Assembly (NCBI RefSeq): GCF_006345805.1
Contig: NW_021836134.1
Location: 124,001-188,000 of the forward strand
DNA length: 64,000 nucleotides
Direction of reading: 5' to 3'
Origin: Octopus sinensis
Taxonomy: Eukaryota
This document shows positions 62,673 to 64,000 of the stretch, one piece after another. Position numbers and translations under genes: made by a program. Every line of letters begins with the position of its first letter. The first letter of the stretch is position 1. The notes beneath the pieces were generated by a model that did no database searches, was not told the origin of the DNA, and was given only the letters and a program-made list of their open reading frames with translations.

Positions 62673-62702
62673 TATTATGCATGCCGCAAAAATAAGTGAC
62701 AA

Positions 62703-63165
62703 AATGAAGATAATATCATCTAACAAAGGAGGGAAAAATTGTTTCGAAGGCTATATAATATACAAAGCACTCGACAACAAAAAATTATATAATTTTTAAT
62801 TGTGTCAAAAAGTGTTCAAAAGGATGCAGAGAAAGCTTAAGAACAGATCATAACTTTGAGTTTCCTAAAGAAGAAATCTCTCACAATCACGAATTATACG
62901 ACACTCAAATAAAAGTGACAAAGTTATGCAACAAAGCAAAACTTCTTGCAAAAAAGAGCCAAGAGAATCTTTTACAAATCTATTCAAATGTTGTTTCTCA
63001 ATGTGATACAGCATCCAAAATTATTCTCTCTTCTGCAGATTCTTTCAAGCGAACAATAAGGAATCAACGCTTGTTTTTACCGATTTCAAAAATATTCTAG
63101 ATCTCGGAAATATTCAATCATTTTTAACTTTTGGTCCAGATTCAGAAAACTTTTTAATTTATGAT
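62703..63165 (+). pseudogene. FLYWCH/MULE-type transposase N-terminal fragment
   Basis: MKIISSNKGGK..FEGY..YTK..C..K..KGC..HNH..TIRNQR pattern; frameshifted and truncated at the hAT element. Confidence 0.65.
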
Positions 63166-63168
63166 AAT

Positions 63169-64000
63169 TAGGGCAATTTAAGTGCTAAAATGCTATTTTT
63201 ATTTTTATATTTTTTTAAAATAAAATTGAATTTGGAATAACTATTTTTTAATTTTGTTAAAAAACATACATTATAAATGCTATAAATGCTATTTTTAATT
63301 TTAAATGCTAATTTTTTTTAAATGCACCATTTCCACTGTCAAAAGAAATCTTAATGTGGGTTTCGGAAAATGCTGAGGTTGTTTGTAGATGCGCTACGTT
63401 CGATTCGTTCGATTCGATAATAAATTAATTTAAATAAAATAATTTAGCACGCTATATAGTATTTTGAGTGATGCCGAAACCCAAGTGTTTGTTGCTTAAG
63501 AAAGCCAAGCGTATAGTCTCAGAATTCAAAGATGAGTTCTGTATTGCTGACGATGGCCTTCTATTTTGTTCTCTTTGTTTATCCAAAGTCAACTGTCCAA
63601 AAAAATTTTCAGTCGATTCTCATCGTTCTTCTTTAAAACATCAGAACAATATGCGTATAAATGTAATACAATTGTAGGTCATTCATGTGATTCAGTTCAA
63701 ACACATTAACTGAATCAATCAAAGTAGATTCGGTTAAAGAAACAATCACGGAAGCTTTTGTACAAGCAAACATCCCGCTATACAAATTAAAAAATGATTC
63801 GATCAAAAAAATGTTTAAAACATTTAACATTAACACTCCGTCCGAATTTTCATGCAGAACTACGGTTAAATTTCTTGCACAAAAAAAGATAAATGAGTTG
63901 ACAAATTATTAACGTATTAAAGTTATTTTTTAACTTTTAGAAACGAAAAGATTTTTATAATAATTGATGAAACAGATATCAGAAGGAAAAGTTTTGTAGT
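63169..64000 (+). mobile_element. hAT-like element (CGGBP1-type BED zinc finger transposase from ATG 63471) with candidate micro-introns; runs off the window
   Basis: TAGGG terminus and AAATGCTA subterminal repeats. LFCSLCLSKVN..VDSHRSSLKH, EAFVQANIPLYKL, IFIIIDETD. GT-AG segments at 63655-63677 (23 nt) and 63914-63940 (27 nt). Confidence 0.75.

Overview
Eukaryotic (animal) nuclear DNA, not prokaryotic. Compact gene islands sit in a matrix of nested, mostly decayed transposons. Almost all host genes are broken by GT-AG introns of about 21-30 nt, which is why the ORF track fragments them. Genes I spliced by hand: MED27, TMEM223 (intronless), ABCE1/RLI1 (13 introns), CFAP46 (ends only), an unknown small gene, mitochondrial acyl carrier protein, a SET/NAP chaperone, a TCTEX1D2-like dynein light chain, an innexin and an Lhx1/5 LIM-homeobox gene. 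Innexin, LIM-HD, motile-cilium genes and ~24-nt introns best fit a dicyemid mesozoan; this is inference, not a database result. Mobile DNA includes CRE-type and R4/Dong-type RLE non-LTR retrotransposons, RTE fragments, Tc1, pogo/Tigger, hAT, Ginger-type integrase elements and a MULE fragment. 54582-62672 is a three-copy tandem array of a non-autonomous Helitron, each copy holding a ~94-bp satellite, joined by a constant ~335-bp spacer. Best leads: (i) the Helitron-spacer array, whose satellite derives from an ORF start; (ii) DNA transposases carrying host-sized micro-introns; (iii) operon-like co-oriented genes with acceptor-like AGs just before the ATG; (iv) many stop-free 3n micro-introns; (v) a CRE insertion whose 5' junction is a palindrome copied from its own 3' junction. 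All coordinates and splice models were read by eye and no searches were run.
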